The notes under the pieces: model-generated
The model's input: only the letters and a program-made list of their open reading frames with translations
Database searches by the model: none
Told to the model about the DNA's origin: nothing
Made by a program: the position numbers and the translations under genes
Assembly (NCBI GenBank): GCA_905178155.1
Contig: CAJINV010000009.1
Span: forward strand, 3,723,556-3,787,555
DNA: 64,000 nt
Direction: 5' to 3'
Source: Amoebophrya sp. A120
Taxonomy: Eukaryota; Protista; Dinoflagellata
Shown: positions 27,001-39,500 of the stretch, piece by piece
How positions within the stretch are numbered: position 1 is the first letter of the stretch
Layout: the number at the start of each line of letters is the position of its first letter

Positions 27001-28640
27001 AACTAGTGCAGTAACTAGCTAGTTACATGACCTATTTCTTCGAATACAAAAAACAATATGTAATGCTGAGCTACTAGCCACCACCTTCTACTTCTAGGAT
27101 GAAAGAGATCTCTTGTACTGGATCCGTTGATGGCCATGGCGCTTTTACTACGAGCGCGGTACAACTTTTGCAGAGGATAAGTGCCTTCCATGGGGCTCGT
27201 GTGGGCCAAGGTGCTGGTGGCGCTTGGGGCGACGGGAGCCAGTTTGGTCGCGGCCTTGGTTGTTGCGGTGACGCTATCGAGTGCAAAAGCCAATCTGGAT
27301 CTGGAAAAATATGAAGAAAACTGTATTGCCATGCCATGCCATGGCACTACAAACCAAGCAATTACAGGCATGATGCCTGTAGAAGCTTCTGTACTGCATG
27401 ACTATGTATACTGGTGAGCAAATGAAGCATGACCTTCTCTGGTGCTGGAGAAACGCAGTTTCTAAAAATGCGCGCTGCGTGTGCGCATTAGGAGAAGTCG
27501 CAAAGTGGATTTGCCACGCTGGGCTGCGAGAGGACGAGGAGGCTCCTCAAGCAACTCAATTTCAATTATCCATATCCAGCATCACAAGTTTTTTCCAGGA
27601 GACCCAGACGTATTTGCAAAAATTCATAAACGCCCGCCTGGAGTATTTGCGAGCTGCTCGGGAAGGAGCGGTCGCATGACCGCCCCTACGGCGAATCGAT
27701 GTACTTCTACATCGCCTTATCCAGGAGAAAACATCCATCCCCATCCAATTTGTCATGCAAAACACGCATCAAGTCCTGTGTTAGTGTTTGTCATGCAAAA
27801 AAATAGATGAGGATGGACGATGGATTCTTTCCTCTGGATACGCTTTCGCAGCAGTCCTGGTCGCGGCCTTTGTGATTACGGTTGCGCTATGCATTGCAAA
27901 AGTAGCGTACTCGTATAAATGCATTACAAATTATTTCCTCAGCATGAGACAAAAAATTTGTATATGCAGATTTGCCTTGGAAACAAGGTTTGTAATGCAA
28001 GACTTGCATTTGTACGAGTACGATACTTTTGCACAGGATAGGCGCCCGGCGTTGGCAACACCGCCTGGCTGCTGATTCAAGTGGAAGTTCTCAACGCGTT
28101 GCTCATGCCGGTCGTCTAGGCTGTGTAAATAGTATCGTACTCGTACCTCTAACTGCGTTTGCGCATGACAAATCTTTTTATCAAGGCAAATCCGCATTAC
28201 AGATTCAATTTGTAATGCTAAGCGAATTTGTAATGCAATTCATACTAGTACGATACTTTTGCAATGCATATCGTCGTGGGCTTTCTCTTCTTCCTGGCGA
28301 TAAAGAAAAACGTGCTGCCAGACCGCTACCGCCTATGAATGTGCACAACTCCCCCTCCCCCTCATTTGTCATGCAAAATGCCCAATCCAGGGCGTGCCTC
28401 CACCTAGCACTGTTCGCATGACAAGTTCTGGCAGCCCAAATAGCACTACCATCCTGTGCAAATCTGTCATGCAAAACCTGCATTCTGGCTGGCGCTTGTA
28501 TTGCCGTTCATGCTACACAAACGAGGGGGAGGGGGAGTTGTGCACTGTCATACCGCCTGAAGGGCTTCTACTGCGTTCTTCTGGCCGTCGTTTTCGGCCT
28601 CTGCAGTGTCCTGTGCGTCGCCGCGCCGTTCCTGCAATAG
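24014..28640 (+). CDS. Nramp (SLC11) family divalent metal transporter
   Basis: Motifs LGPGLMVCLADTDG, QELTVRLALLTNQGLTELIR, ANIGAVIMPWMLFYQQS, ARLDT, EVLNALLMP. Fourteen introners: 24546-24658, 24717-24869, 24984-25275, 25440-25597, 25674-25961, 26007-26235, 26360-26633, 26693-26845, 26972-27179, 27275-27628, 27718-27840, 27888-28040, 28117-28270, 28334-28552. Confidence 0.92.
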
Positions 28641-30311
28641 GAAGAGAAACTGAAACTGAAACATTAGAGGGAATATAGCACCGAAGACTGTTCGGGTTCT
28701 GCGGCCAGGAGTGTCGGAGTCGACGATGCAAAGGCCGGACTACAGCTGCAAGGCCGGACTACAGCTGCAGAGCAGGAAGAGCTTCCCCGACTAGAGTAGG
28801 GCAGTTGTACCGGAATGATGCGGCCACGCGGTCGCGGCTGCTGCTCGGAGTTCGGCCCATTTGCTGGACACGACACAATGGACGGAAGTAGTGGCTCTAA
28901 TTAATTTTAGCAGAAGCTCTACTAGTGCGTCATCATTTATTCATTGCGATGGCGTGCAGCGGGCAGAAAGATGTTGAACAAAAGTGGTTTACAAGTAGCA
29001 TTTGCAGTATTTCTTGAGATGATCATCAGTAGCATTTTATACAGTTCGAGTAGTACTTCTACTACGGAATTCCCTGCTGCGTGGTGTCGTGGCTGGCTTT
29101 ATAATTGGCGCCAGTACTCCGGTGTCAGAAGTACTTCATAATTCGAGTGGTTTGTTCCGCCCGTTGTCCTAGGCATTATTCTGGCCATTTTCATGTTACC
29201 CACCTTGTCACAATATTAGTAGTAGATGAAGGCTCTCATCTTTCATAGCAGACAAACCAACATGTGGTCTCATCAACATGCTGGTAAAACTGTCACTAGA
29301 TGTAAGCCTAGCAGCCCCCTTGAAGATCCGCGAGCAGCTAGGGTTTCCGTCAATCAGTGAAAGTTGGATAGACTCACTAGGTATTTACTTATGTATAGTA
29401 AGTGAAAATGATCCGTACATATACGTATTCGCTCCTGATGGTTCTTTTCGTCTCTGCAGAAGAGGCAGAAAAAAAAAGCTCAAAACCGCTGAAAAACATT
29501 AACGTTGAAGAAAGTGAAAGTACTACTACTAGCTAGGGGACAAGAATTTCTTGTAAAACTGATGAAAGAATTTGTGAAATTCTTTCAGTTTTACTCCTGT
29601 CCTTGGAATGGATCGAGCAAGAGGACAGTGCAGCTCGCCCACTTGATGATGGCTGCAACTTTAGTTCTGTCGTTCCACAAGCACCATCATGTCAGGATCT
29701 TGATGTTAACCGAACGTCGGTACAATCGCCACGGCGTCAACAACTAGCTACACGCTCTACTTCCTAGGCCTGACGACAATCGATCTCTCTGAAGAATTGC
29801 TTTGATCACAATTGCTGCGAAGAGAAACAGAAAGCATAGCGAGTTCAGCCCGTGCCCAATAAATCATAAGAAGCTCCAGATGTTGAAAGAGAAGCTGCCG
29901 AGAGATTAAGTATGTTGATCGAGGCCGTTCCCATTGATCATGTACAGGATCAGAATGTAAATGTTGAAATCGTGTATTCAGGAAGATCAGAATGTAAATG
30001 AAATTTCCGTTCTTTTTTCGGACGCTCTGGAGGAGGCTCTTTTACTTCCCGATAATATGTTTCAACATTTAATACCACCGTATCTGTTACAGGCGACGAC
30101 CGAATATCTTACGTGATTGGTTGCGACGTTCTTGCAAGTCCATTTTACAAGTTCGTCGTCGATGTCGAAGTAATATTCTTTTCCACGACACGGACGGCAG
30201 TATTGATGGCACTAGTAGCAACAGGTCGTGTGCTTCGTCTCCTGTACTACACTATTTTCTTTCAACTACAGCATCAGTAAGGCATAAAGATAAACAACTT
30301 CACGTTTCATC

Positions 30312-33300
30312 ATGACGAGTTTTGACGCGTGGACCCGTGTCTCCTGGCACGAATTGAAGGCGGAGCTACTCGAGAAAGTTTGTCATGCCGATAGTACAAA
30401 ACAAGGCCAACATCAAACTTCTCCACCCCCGTTCGTCTTCGACGAAGCGAAAGCAAAGGAGGAATACGAGAAGCTCCAGCAAGAATTCGAAACGTTAATC
30501 AACGAGGACGACGAGCAGAAATGGCTTTCCAAAACCGCCCAATCCGGAACCATGCAGGATCGAATCGAAGCCTTGTCGGCGAAGGTACTTTTTGTTTTTA
30601 GCTCATGTATGATGATACATGATAGAATTGGTGCGAATTATGCGTACTATGATATGCGATCTAGACCACCAACTTGTTGATGTTCTACTCCAACTGCATT
30701 TTGTGGGAGGAAGGAGAAGGTTCCTGAAGTGCAACGGTCTTGTAGCGATTTATTGTCGACGTAAAAATATTTGTAGCACATGCAGCATGAATTGAGTTTA
30801 ACAAGATGCCGCGGAATGAACGGAATGAAAATCCGAATCTTCCTATGCCAAAATTTTCAAATCAAAAACCACAAAGATCCGCCTCTGTCCGCTGTTCGCC
30901 CTGCCGCATTTGAAATCCCTTGTCGGGCTTTGCAACAAGAAGGGCAAGCAGGAGGCTATTTTCGCGATGGACGCTTTGCTCCCACTATTCGCCCACGATG
31001 ACGTGCTGCCTGGAGACCGAAATTTGGAATTCTGGCACGAAATGGTCCGAAAGGTGGAGAAAACTTGTTCTATGGTGCACCAGCGGGGTAGCACTGGAAA
31101 GACAAAGAAGGGGAAGGGCAAGGGAAAGCAACAAGGACAAGGCCAAGAAGATGCGGAAGTCGATGTAGATTCCACAGCAAACGATAAGAAATTATTATCC
31201 AAGAAGCAACAGCAAAACAAGAAGAACGCCAAAAACTATGCTGAACAACAAAAAGCGGCCCAGGAACACCTCGAAATGCACAATAAGCTCCAGATCTTAT
31301 TCTATTTCGAGGAATCTCTGAAAATCGCTTACACGGCGTTTCTCCAGGCGGTTATCACGGGCACGCAGCAAACCTCGGATAAGCAACACCTTCATTTCAA
31401 GAAGAAGTGCTTGAATCACCTGACCAACTGTTTGATTCAGAAGCCGGAGCAGGAGCACCTGATTCTGGAGAAACTGGTGAACAAGTTTGGTGACAAGTAT
31501 CCGGGAAAAAACACCCATCCACATCCAATCTGTCATGCAAAACATACATAAAATCCCGCGCCAGTCATGTGAAAAATGGATGGGGATGGTTTTTTTTCTG
31601 TGGATAGCAAGTCGGTCAACACCAGCCTCTTGCCGATCTTGCTCCGCAACATTCTGGAAAAGCAGCCGGAGATGAAATTGGTGCTGTTTCGGGAAGTGTA
31701 CCGGTTTATGAAGGCCAAATGCCTGGAGCAGGAACAGGAAAAGGAAAAAATCCGGCGGGAAATGCTAGAAAGCAGGAAGAACATGGCAAGTTCCGGTGGC
31801 CAAAAACAGAATCCAGCATCGAGGTCCTCCAAAAGGGCGAAAGTGCAGAAGCAAAATCTCGTGCGGAAGCTGGCAACCATGCAAACGGACAGTGACGGCG
31901 CATGCTCGCTCTACGCCGCGACACTGTTTTTGACCGAGATACGCCTAGATTCGCGGTTTGATCTGGAGATGGCATATCCTGAGTAAAAACGTACCCACAC
32001 CAGAGTCAGGATGAGGATTTTACAACACAAACCTAGGAGTTTTGTGAGTCACACATGACAAGTTGCACTATGCAGTGTAGTGCAGGTTAGCAAGTGCAGC
32101 CGCATCACAGATTCATCTGCTCATCCTGTTCACAGCATCACAAATTCCAAAACACGACTGGAAATGGCTCTCATGGGGATGCGCATTACAAGTCTTCCTG
32201 TCTTTGCAAATCTGCATTACAACTCTGGCGTGGGTACGTTTTTACTCAGGATATGGCACTGCAGCTGGTCAATTGCTTTGTCGAAATGTTGTCGACGCAA
32301 CTAACAGGGACGACAAACAAGAAAAGTGGACGAAATTTTTACACAACTGCTTCGTCAAGAAGCACCACGGGCGCTGCCTTTGGAGAGGATCAGAGCACCA
32401 CCACCGGTAACAAGCTGAACCCCAATGCGCCAGCATTTGGTGGTGGTGCCGCTGGCGCTGCCTCTTCTTCGAAGCTGGTTCGCTGCTTGCTGACGGGACT
32501 GAAAAGGTCTTTGCCGTACTTGTCGCCCGAGGTCGACTTAACCCTATTCGACAGCATGCTGGACACGCTGTTTCAGACCTGCCACTCGGAGCTCACCGGC
32601 TTCAATTGCCGAGTCACGTTGCTTATGCAGTGAAAGAGTATCGTACTAGTATAAATTGCATTACTATCCAAGAAAAAAACGTTGTTAGTGTAAATTTGTG
32701 ATGCGCAACATGCAAGATGATTGCGTCTGTCATGCTTGGCATGCGTCGTGGGGTCCATTAAAGGGCGTTTTCACGTACTATCTGCGCATGACAGGTTTTT
32801 GCTGTCATGCCAGACAAATTTGTAATGCTGTTCCTCCAAAAAAGTTACACCTACAATGTTTTTTTCTTGGATAATTACAAATTGACTTAGCATCACAAAG
32901 TAAATTTGTAATGCGGATTTGCCTTAACAAGAAAAAGATTTGTAATGCATAAACGCAATTAGTACGTGTGCGATACTTTTGCACGGGATATTGCTGAGTC
33001 TTTTGAAAAAAATCATCGTCATGCGACTGAAGAGCAGCAGCACAGGAACTGCATCAAGTGGGAAAAATAATTCTACTACTTCGACAGGACAAGAACCTCC
33101 GCAGCAAAAGGGAACAAGACACAAGAAGAAAAGCAAAGCAGCTACTAGTACCGATAGCGACGCCAACGCGAAGATCATGAATAAAGTAGATGCTGACCAC
33201 GAACTACAGGACGTCGAATTGCAAAGGGAAAAGCTGTGGCCGCGCTACTACCGACTTCTTTACGAGCAGTTGCGGCATTTCTGCATTCTGCACACCAGCA

Positions 33301-35949
33301 ACCAGATGGAGCTACGGACGCTACTGGACACGGACGTTTGTGTAGGATTTGGTGCAAGAAGTGCTGGTGCAACTTCTGCAACTACACCGAACGCAGCACA
33401 GGACTCAACTTCGACGAAAGCCTCTCTCCTCCGCCGGTACCTTCAGCTCGCCATCCACCTCGGTCAGCCGGCCGCTGCGGTGCACGCGAAACAGCTGTTG
33501 GCGTCGAGTGCTTTTCTTGCGGAGTCAGCTTCATGGTTTTCGTCGAATGTTGGCGGTGTACCAAGAACAGCGGATGCAGGTGGGCCAGCTGCTGCCAGAA
33601 CAGAGTCTAAATCGACAGGACGAGAAGCCGCTCCCGCAGGAGAAGAGGAAAAAACCGCCGCAGGCAAGGAAAACGAACAAGGCGAAGAAGACAAAGACAC
33701 CACCTATGACCTGCAGAAGCGGGATCCTCGCTATACCAACGCGGGAAAGACGATGAGCGAAGCCGAAATGAAAACCTGGTGGGAGCAGCACTTCTTCAGA
33801 AAACACGTAGACCCAGTCGTGGTCGTATCAAATGTAAAAATGTCTGGGTCTGGAAGAATGCAAGTTTGTCATGCTAATTTTGGATTCTAGAAAAATCTGT
33901 ATTGCATGACCAGCAAGAGGAGCCCAGTTTCTGCTACGCGGGGAGGCCATTTGTTATGCGGAATAGGCATCAAGAAGCACTCAGAAAATCTGTGATGCCA
34001 GGGAATACATCACAGACGTCACGGGCCAGGTAAAATCTGCATGACAAGTTCGCATTCTTCCAGACCCAGACATTTTTACACTTGATAGGTCGGTGGACAC
34101 GATAAAACGACCAAGCGAAAGGACCACTACACGACGAACTCTGTGATGCAAGAGTTCCTAGAGACCGCTTGCTCGGATCGCAAATTCCTCGACTACGTTG
34201 CCGGTGTGATTCTGGAGGAGGAAAAGAAAGATAAAACGTCTGGTAAAAATATCAATTGCAAAAATGTCTGGGCGTGGAACATTGGAACTTGTGATGCTAA
34301 CTTTGAACCCTAAAAAAATCTGTATTGCATGACCAGCAAGAGGAGTCCAGTTTGTGCTATGCGGGCAGGGCATTTGTCACGCGGAGTAGGCATCAGGAAG
34401 CCCTCTAAAAATCTGCGATGCTACGTCGTGCATTACAGGCGTCCTGGGTCAAACAAAATATGCATGACAAACCCGGCAACATTCCAGACCCAGACACTTT
34501 TGCTTTTGATAAAAAATTCTGCTGGCACGCAAAAGATGAACAAAAGTGTACTGCAAATCTCCGAAGCGGCCAACCACAAATTTTTGGCGCACAAGTTTTT
34601 GAAGAAACTGAGTGCGAAGGAGATTTCACAGGCTGCTGCAAAGAAACGAGACGATGGCGATGATGATGATTATGGATGTGTCAGGTTTGAAATCGTCAAA
34701 GTTGAAATAGTTTGCCATGCATAAAACGGATACCAGTTAGACCTACAGTTTGTAGTCGGTGCATGACAAACTTTCCCGGTCCTGGAAGCGAGTCTGTCAT
34801 GCGGTTTAGGGAAAAATAGCTGCCTTCTGTCATGCTAGTTAGCAGTCCAACTTTTGACCCTTACCAGGACTATAATCTGCCCCCCGTGGGTCCTTTGCAA
34901 TAGAGTCACTTTTTGTCTCGCATTTTATGCATTACAAATTATTTCAACTTTGACGATTTCAAACCTGACGCTTCCATAATGATTACGACGAAGACGAGGC
35001 CGACAAATTTTTCGACGAATACCTGGAGAAACAGATGCCGCCAGACGAAGACGAGGATGAAGATCCCTTTTCCGACTTCTCTGCCGACGAGGCTGGATCG
35101 GACATGGAATGTTCTGCATCAGAGGATGGCGGGGATAGAGTTGTCGATGAGGCTGCTGATAGCGATGGCGAGGCTGATGCTGAGGCGGGTGATGCGGAAA
35201 TTATAGATTCTGGTGACCACAGCGAAGGAGATGATGAAGATGATGATGATGAAGAACGAGAAGATTCGGCTGCAGACGTCGGAGCAGCAGGCGGTGAGGA
35301 CACGTCTGAAAGGATGATGCTCGGAGCTGGATCTACTTCCGACGAGGGTTTTTCCGACACCGACCTGGATTTTGACATGGGCGAGGACGAAGAGGACGAC
35401 GGCAATATGAAATCAACGAAGAAAAGCAAAAATGCAAAGAAGAAGAACAAAAGCAAAGCAGCCGACACTTCTACTCTCTCGAATAAAGAAGAAGTCTCGA
35501 AAAGGAAAGCGAAGAAGCGGCAGCGGGAGGAGATATCAACTGTAAAAATGTCTGGGTCTGGAAGAATCCAACTTGTCATGCTGATTTTGGATTGTAAGAA
35601 AATCTGTATTGCATGAGTAGCAAAGGGACTGTAATTTTTGCTACGCGGAGAGGGCATTTGTCATGCGGGATAGGCATCGCGAGGCCCTCAAAAAATAAAA
35701 ATCTGTGATGCTAGGGCATGCATCACAGACACCATGGCCCACGCCCAGGCAAAACGTGCATGACAAGTCTCAGAATCTTCCAGACCCAGACACTTTTACA
35801 TTTGATAGGAGAGAGAGTTGGAAAAATTGGATCCGGAAATTCGGGAAAAGGTGAAGAAAGCCCGGAAGTTAGTGAAGAGCTTGGGAAGCAGCTCTGGCGT
35901 CAGCGCTTTTGCCAGTGCAGAGGACTTTGAGGAGTTTCTGGATGTTTAG
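30312..35949 (+). CDS. CEBPZ: CEBPZ / Mak21 (Noc1)-like ribosome biogenesis protein, CBF domain
   Basis: Motifs SGTMQDRIEAL, KPEQEHLILEKLVNKFGD, RYYRLLYEQL, YDLQKRDPRY, acidic tail, FASAEDFEEFL*. GT-AG intron 30585-30876; introners 31498-31606, 31975-32253, 32624-32990, 33826-34087, 34250-34511, 34671-34978, 35534-35807. Confidence 0.88.
31498..31606. mobile_element. Introner family F7 (109-146 bp, the smallest); other copies start at 24546, 27718, 38940, 60092
   Basis: TIR TATCCnnnAAAAAAnnCCATCCnCATCCA; flanks ACAAG/GCAAG. Confidence 0.88.
32665..32873. mobile_element. Introner family F11 (209 bp) nested in an F5 introner; related copies at 20720 and 8423
   Basis: TATCCAAGAAAAAAAC ... GTTTTTTTCTTGGATA, perfect ATTAC duplication. 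Confidence 0.92.
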
Positions 35950-36522
35950 AAGCGGTGGAATTTTATTTAGTTGTGCTCATCTAGAAGTACCAACGTCGTC
36001 GCGCGCGAATAATGATGAAGCACCAAAATCAAAATGAGCACTCTTCTGATTCTGACATGCATTGATTTAACGTCTTTAACAATACGGGTAGTGTAGCTGC
36101 GGAATAACGCAGTGGTTGCTGTGCTTGCGGCCGTTGTGTTGTGGACTACAAGCACGACCGTACATCTTTTAGTTGTGCTAAATTTTATTCGTTCTCTTTC
36201 GTGCACCGAGAGAAACAAGAGAGATCAAAAACACCGGAATGGAGCAAGCAGAGCCAGAGCGTCTGTCGGTAAGAATGAGGCGAAGCGAGGTGTTGTCCTT
36301 GTGTGCATTGTCTCCGCGTTTGGGAGTGAGCGAGCGCGGCTTTTATAGGAATCATGATCTTCCGGATCGTTTATTTCAAAGCGGTTGTAGAAGACTCGTG
36401 GCAGGCAATGGCAAATTGCTTTGATTATAGAACAAGAACTCTCAGAAACTAATACTACCTAGGTTGGTAGCTGAAGCCGATGAAACAGTAACGACATTTT
36501 CTAGCAACTCCGCAACATTAAG

Positions 36523-39500
36523 ATGGAGCCTACCGTGCCAACATCGTCTGGCGCGGCCGTCGTGCTGCCGCAAGCGCAACCGGCACCCGCCGACGGCGCA
36601 CCACCTCTACTTGCCGCCGCCAGCACCTCCGCCTACCCAACGCCCCGTACGAAGTTGGCGAATGAAGTGGTATATGCATTGCAAGTATGTCATTGTCAGT
36701 CTGCTGGGTCTGAAAACATGTAAACTTCTGATGGTGCGCATTTGAGACCAGAAAAAAATCTGTCATGAATGGACCGCAAAAGTTACATACTCATTTCTTG
36801 TCGCCCAAAGATAGGGGGAACTTGTCATGCGGATTAGACATGATCGCCTAACCTGCTCAAAACCTGTGTTGCTAGGATTTGCATGCCAGACCCTCTGCGT
36901 CATGCACAAACAGCATGACACAACTCTTCCAGGCCCAGACATATTTGCCCTTGATATGGTAAGCGATTTACTCGAGCCGTTTCACGGAAAACATGAAGAA
37001 GTCACGGACCAACTTCAGGTTTCGACGCCGAGAGGTGAAGGAGGTGTTGCAGCTGCTGCTGCTCAAAGAGAGCAAGCGCAAATCGACCAGATGCAACAAA
37101 TGTACGACGAGGAAAACGAAGTCAACATCAGCGCGTTCTTTTCCGAGACCGCGGCCGCGGCACAGCAACTAGGAGAACTACAGGGGCGGGCCAACATTGT
37201 TCCTGGGCCGCTGAAGTTGGCCGGAGCGGGAACTACCCCGCCGTTTATTTTGCATATGGAGGTGTCAGAATCGAAATTACAAAATCTAAATGATTTGTCA
37301 TGCATAAGGTGGATGCCAGTTGGAACCCAGTTTCCAAGTGGCGCATCACAAACTCTGGTGGTGCCTAAATCCAGTTTGTAATGCTGTTTAGGCAAAGAAG
37401 ACAGATTCTCTGATGCTGCTTTAGCAGCTCGAGCTATAACCTCAAACAGGCTTACAATCGGCCCCACGTGCCTGCTCTGCAACACACGTATTTCGCGTCG
37501 TGCATTTTATGCATCACAAATTTTTCGATTTTGTCAATTTCGATCCTGACATTTCTACATTGCAGCAAGTCGGCGCCGGCGGTGGATCCAGCAGCACCAC
37601 ACCAAGAACCGCAATCTCCGCAGCGGCCGGGGGTGGTGGAGGTGGGCCTCCACCAAATACGGAGGAGGAGCAGATGCTTTCCGACAGCACATCAGGCGCT
37701 CTGTCTATCGAAGAAAAAAACTACTGTGTTAGAAGTGTAGGGGGCGTCTGCGGGTGTTGACAGCAGCACAAATTTGTTCTGCATGACAAAGAAATCCTGT
37801 CATGCGCAGCTAGTTGTACGTGAAATAAACACGAGACATGAAATTATATATAGGACGGCATGGCCGCTGGCTAGCATGACAAGTGTAGTAAAGAACTGTG
37901 TTGCGTGCCCATGCTACTTTGCGTGACAGATTTACAGCAACACATTTTTTTTTTGCATACTGTCCGGCTCGAAGCGAGTTTCGTTTTCTCAACAAGACCT
38001 GGACCAGGCGGACTTGCGACAGAGGAGCCGGAGCGCCGGGAGTGGACGAGTTGGTCTCGGTCAACAAGGAACCAGCATGAGCAGTCCCTCCAGCAAAGCG
38101 GCCAGAGCTTTGGCCAAAGGCGACATCGCGGGGTACTTGAGTTCGATTCGGGGCAAGGAACGCAGTGTGTTCAACGGTTTGTCGCAAGTAGGTCGACTTC
38201 CTGCAGGTGCTGGAGCAGCTTCATCGCGGAAGGTCGGCGTGGCCGGGAAGCAACAGATGAACAAGTCGCCTCAACAGCGGGCGCAGCAAAGTAGACCCGA
38301 GGGAGAAGCACAGCAGCAAGAGCAGGACCTTGTGTTCTTGCAACAGGGCGGTGGAGACCTCCGCGACGACGATGTTAATGACAACGAATTCACAGAACAG
38401 ATGGAGCAACAAATGTTGGCAGACGAACAATACGATGAGTACGAAGTAGCAGCTCCCTCTCCCTCCTGTCGCAAGTTGTTTGACCAGCTGGTGCAGCAGA
38501 AAATCCACTACCCGACGAAACTAAAATCAAAAAAATTGAAAACAGACCACGACCACCCTTACCTGTCGCGGGGTGTCTATGGGAGTGTCAGGATCGAAAT
38601 CGTCAAAGTTGAAATTATAGTTTGTCATGCATAAAACCGATACCAGTCGGGCGCCCCCCCACTTATCAAGCGGCGCATGACAAATTTTCCGAGCACCGGA
38701 ATCCAATTTGTCAAGCGGTTTGGGCACAGAAGACTGCTTTGGTCATGCTACTTTCGCAGCTTCATTTCAAACCCTAAACAGGCACACAATCGGCTTCGCT
38801 TGCCATTCCGGGAAGACAGGCACTTCATGCCTGGCGTTTTATGCATGACAAATCATTTCAACTTTGTCGATTTCAAGCCTGACGCCTCCATAGTGTCAAC
38901 GTCCTGTGGTGCAAACCAGAATACGACAGTAAGAAAACCTATCCACAAAAAAATCCGCATCGTCCCCATCCAATTTGCCATGCAGAACATGCATAAAGTC
39001 TTGGGCTTGTCATGCAAAAAACGGATAGGGAAGATGTTTCTTTTTCTGTGGATAAAACTGTCGGGCTCGGGTGGTCGCAAACGATGGGACGGGAGAAACC
39101 TCCGAAGGGACGAGGAAGCGCTGCGTTGGTACCATCGATGAGCAACAACTTCGCAGGAGCACCTGGTGTAGTTGGAATGAATACCGCGGGTACTAGCAGA
39201 CAGAGTTACAACAACACAAATTTTAGCAGCAACAGTGCCCAACTCCGACAGCTCTCCAACGCGTTCTCGCGAGGCGGTAGTGCAACTTCATCTAGCACTG
39301 GGACGAACAGAGCCGCCTCGATCTCCGCGAGTATCCAGGCGTTGCAAAGCGGACGGTTTCTAACTCCCTGCGGCACGAAAAACGTGCTTGGGTGCAGAGC
39401 CACGACTGGAGGACATCAACATCCTCAAAATAATAGTGCGGTGGTGTGGGATCTGAAGACTTTTCCACTCCCAGGCGCTTTGGCGGACCTGATCGAACTT

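Noticed and set aside
1481-28333. Possible 10-bp periodicity in short exon lengths (22, 23, 40, 42, 42, 52-54, 62, 64, 71, 71)
   Set aside because: Many exceptions (27, 28, 47, 58, 75, 77, 87); the sample is too small.
28729-28769. Short tandem duplication of AAGGCCGGACTACAGCTGC downstream of Nramp
   Set aside because: Ordinary two-copy slippage duplication.
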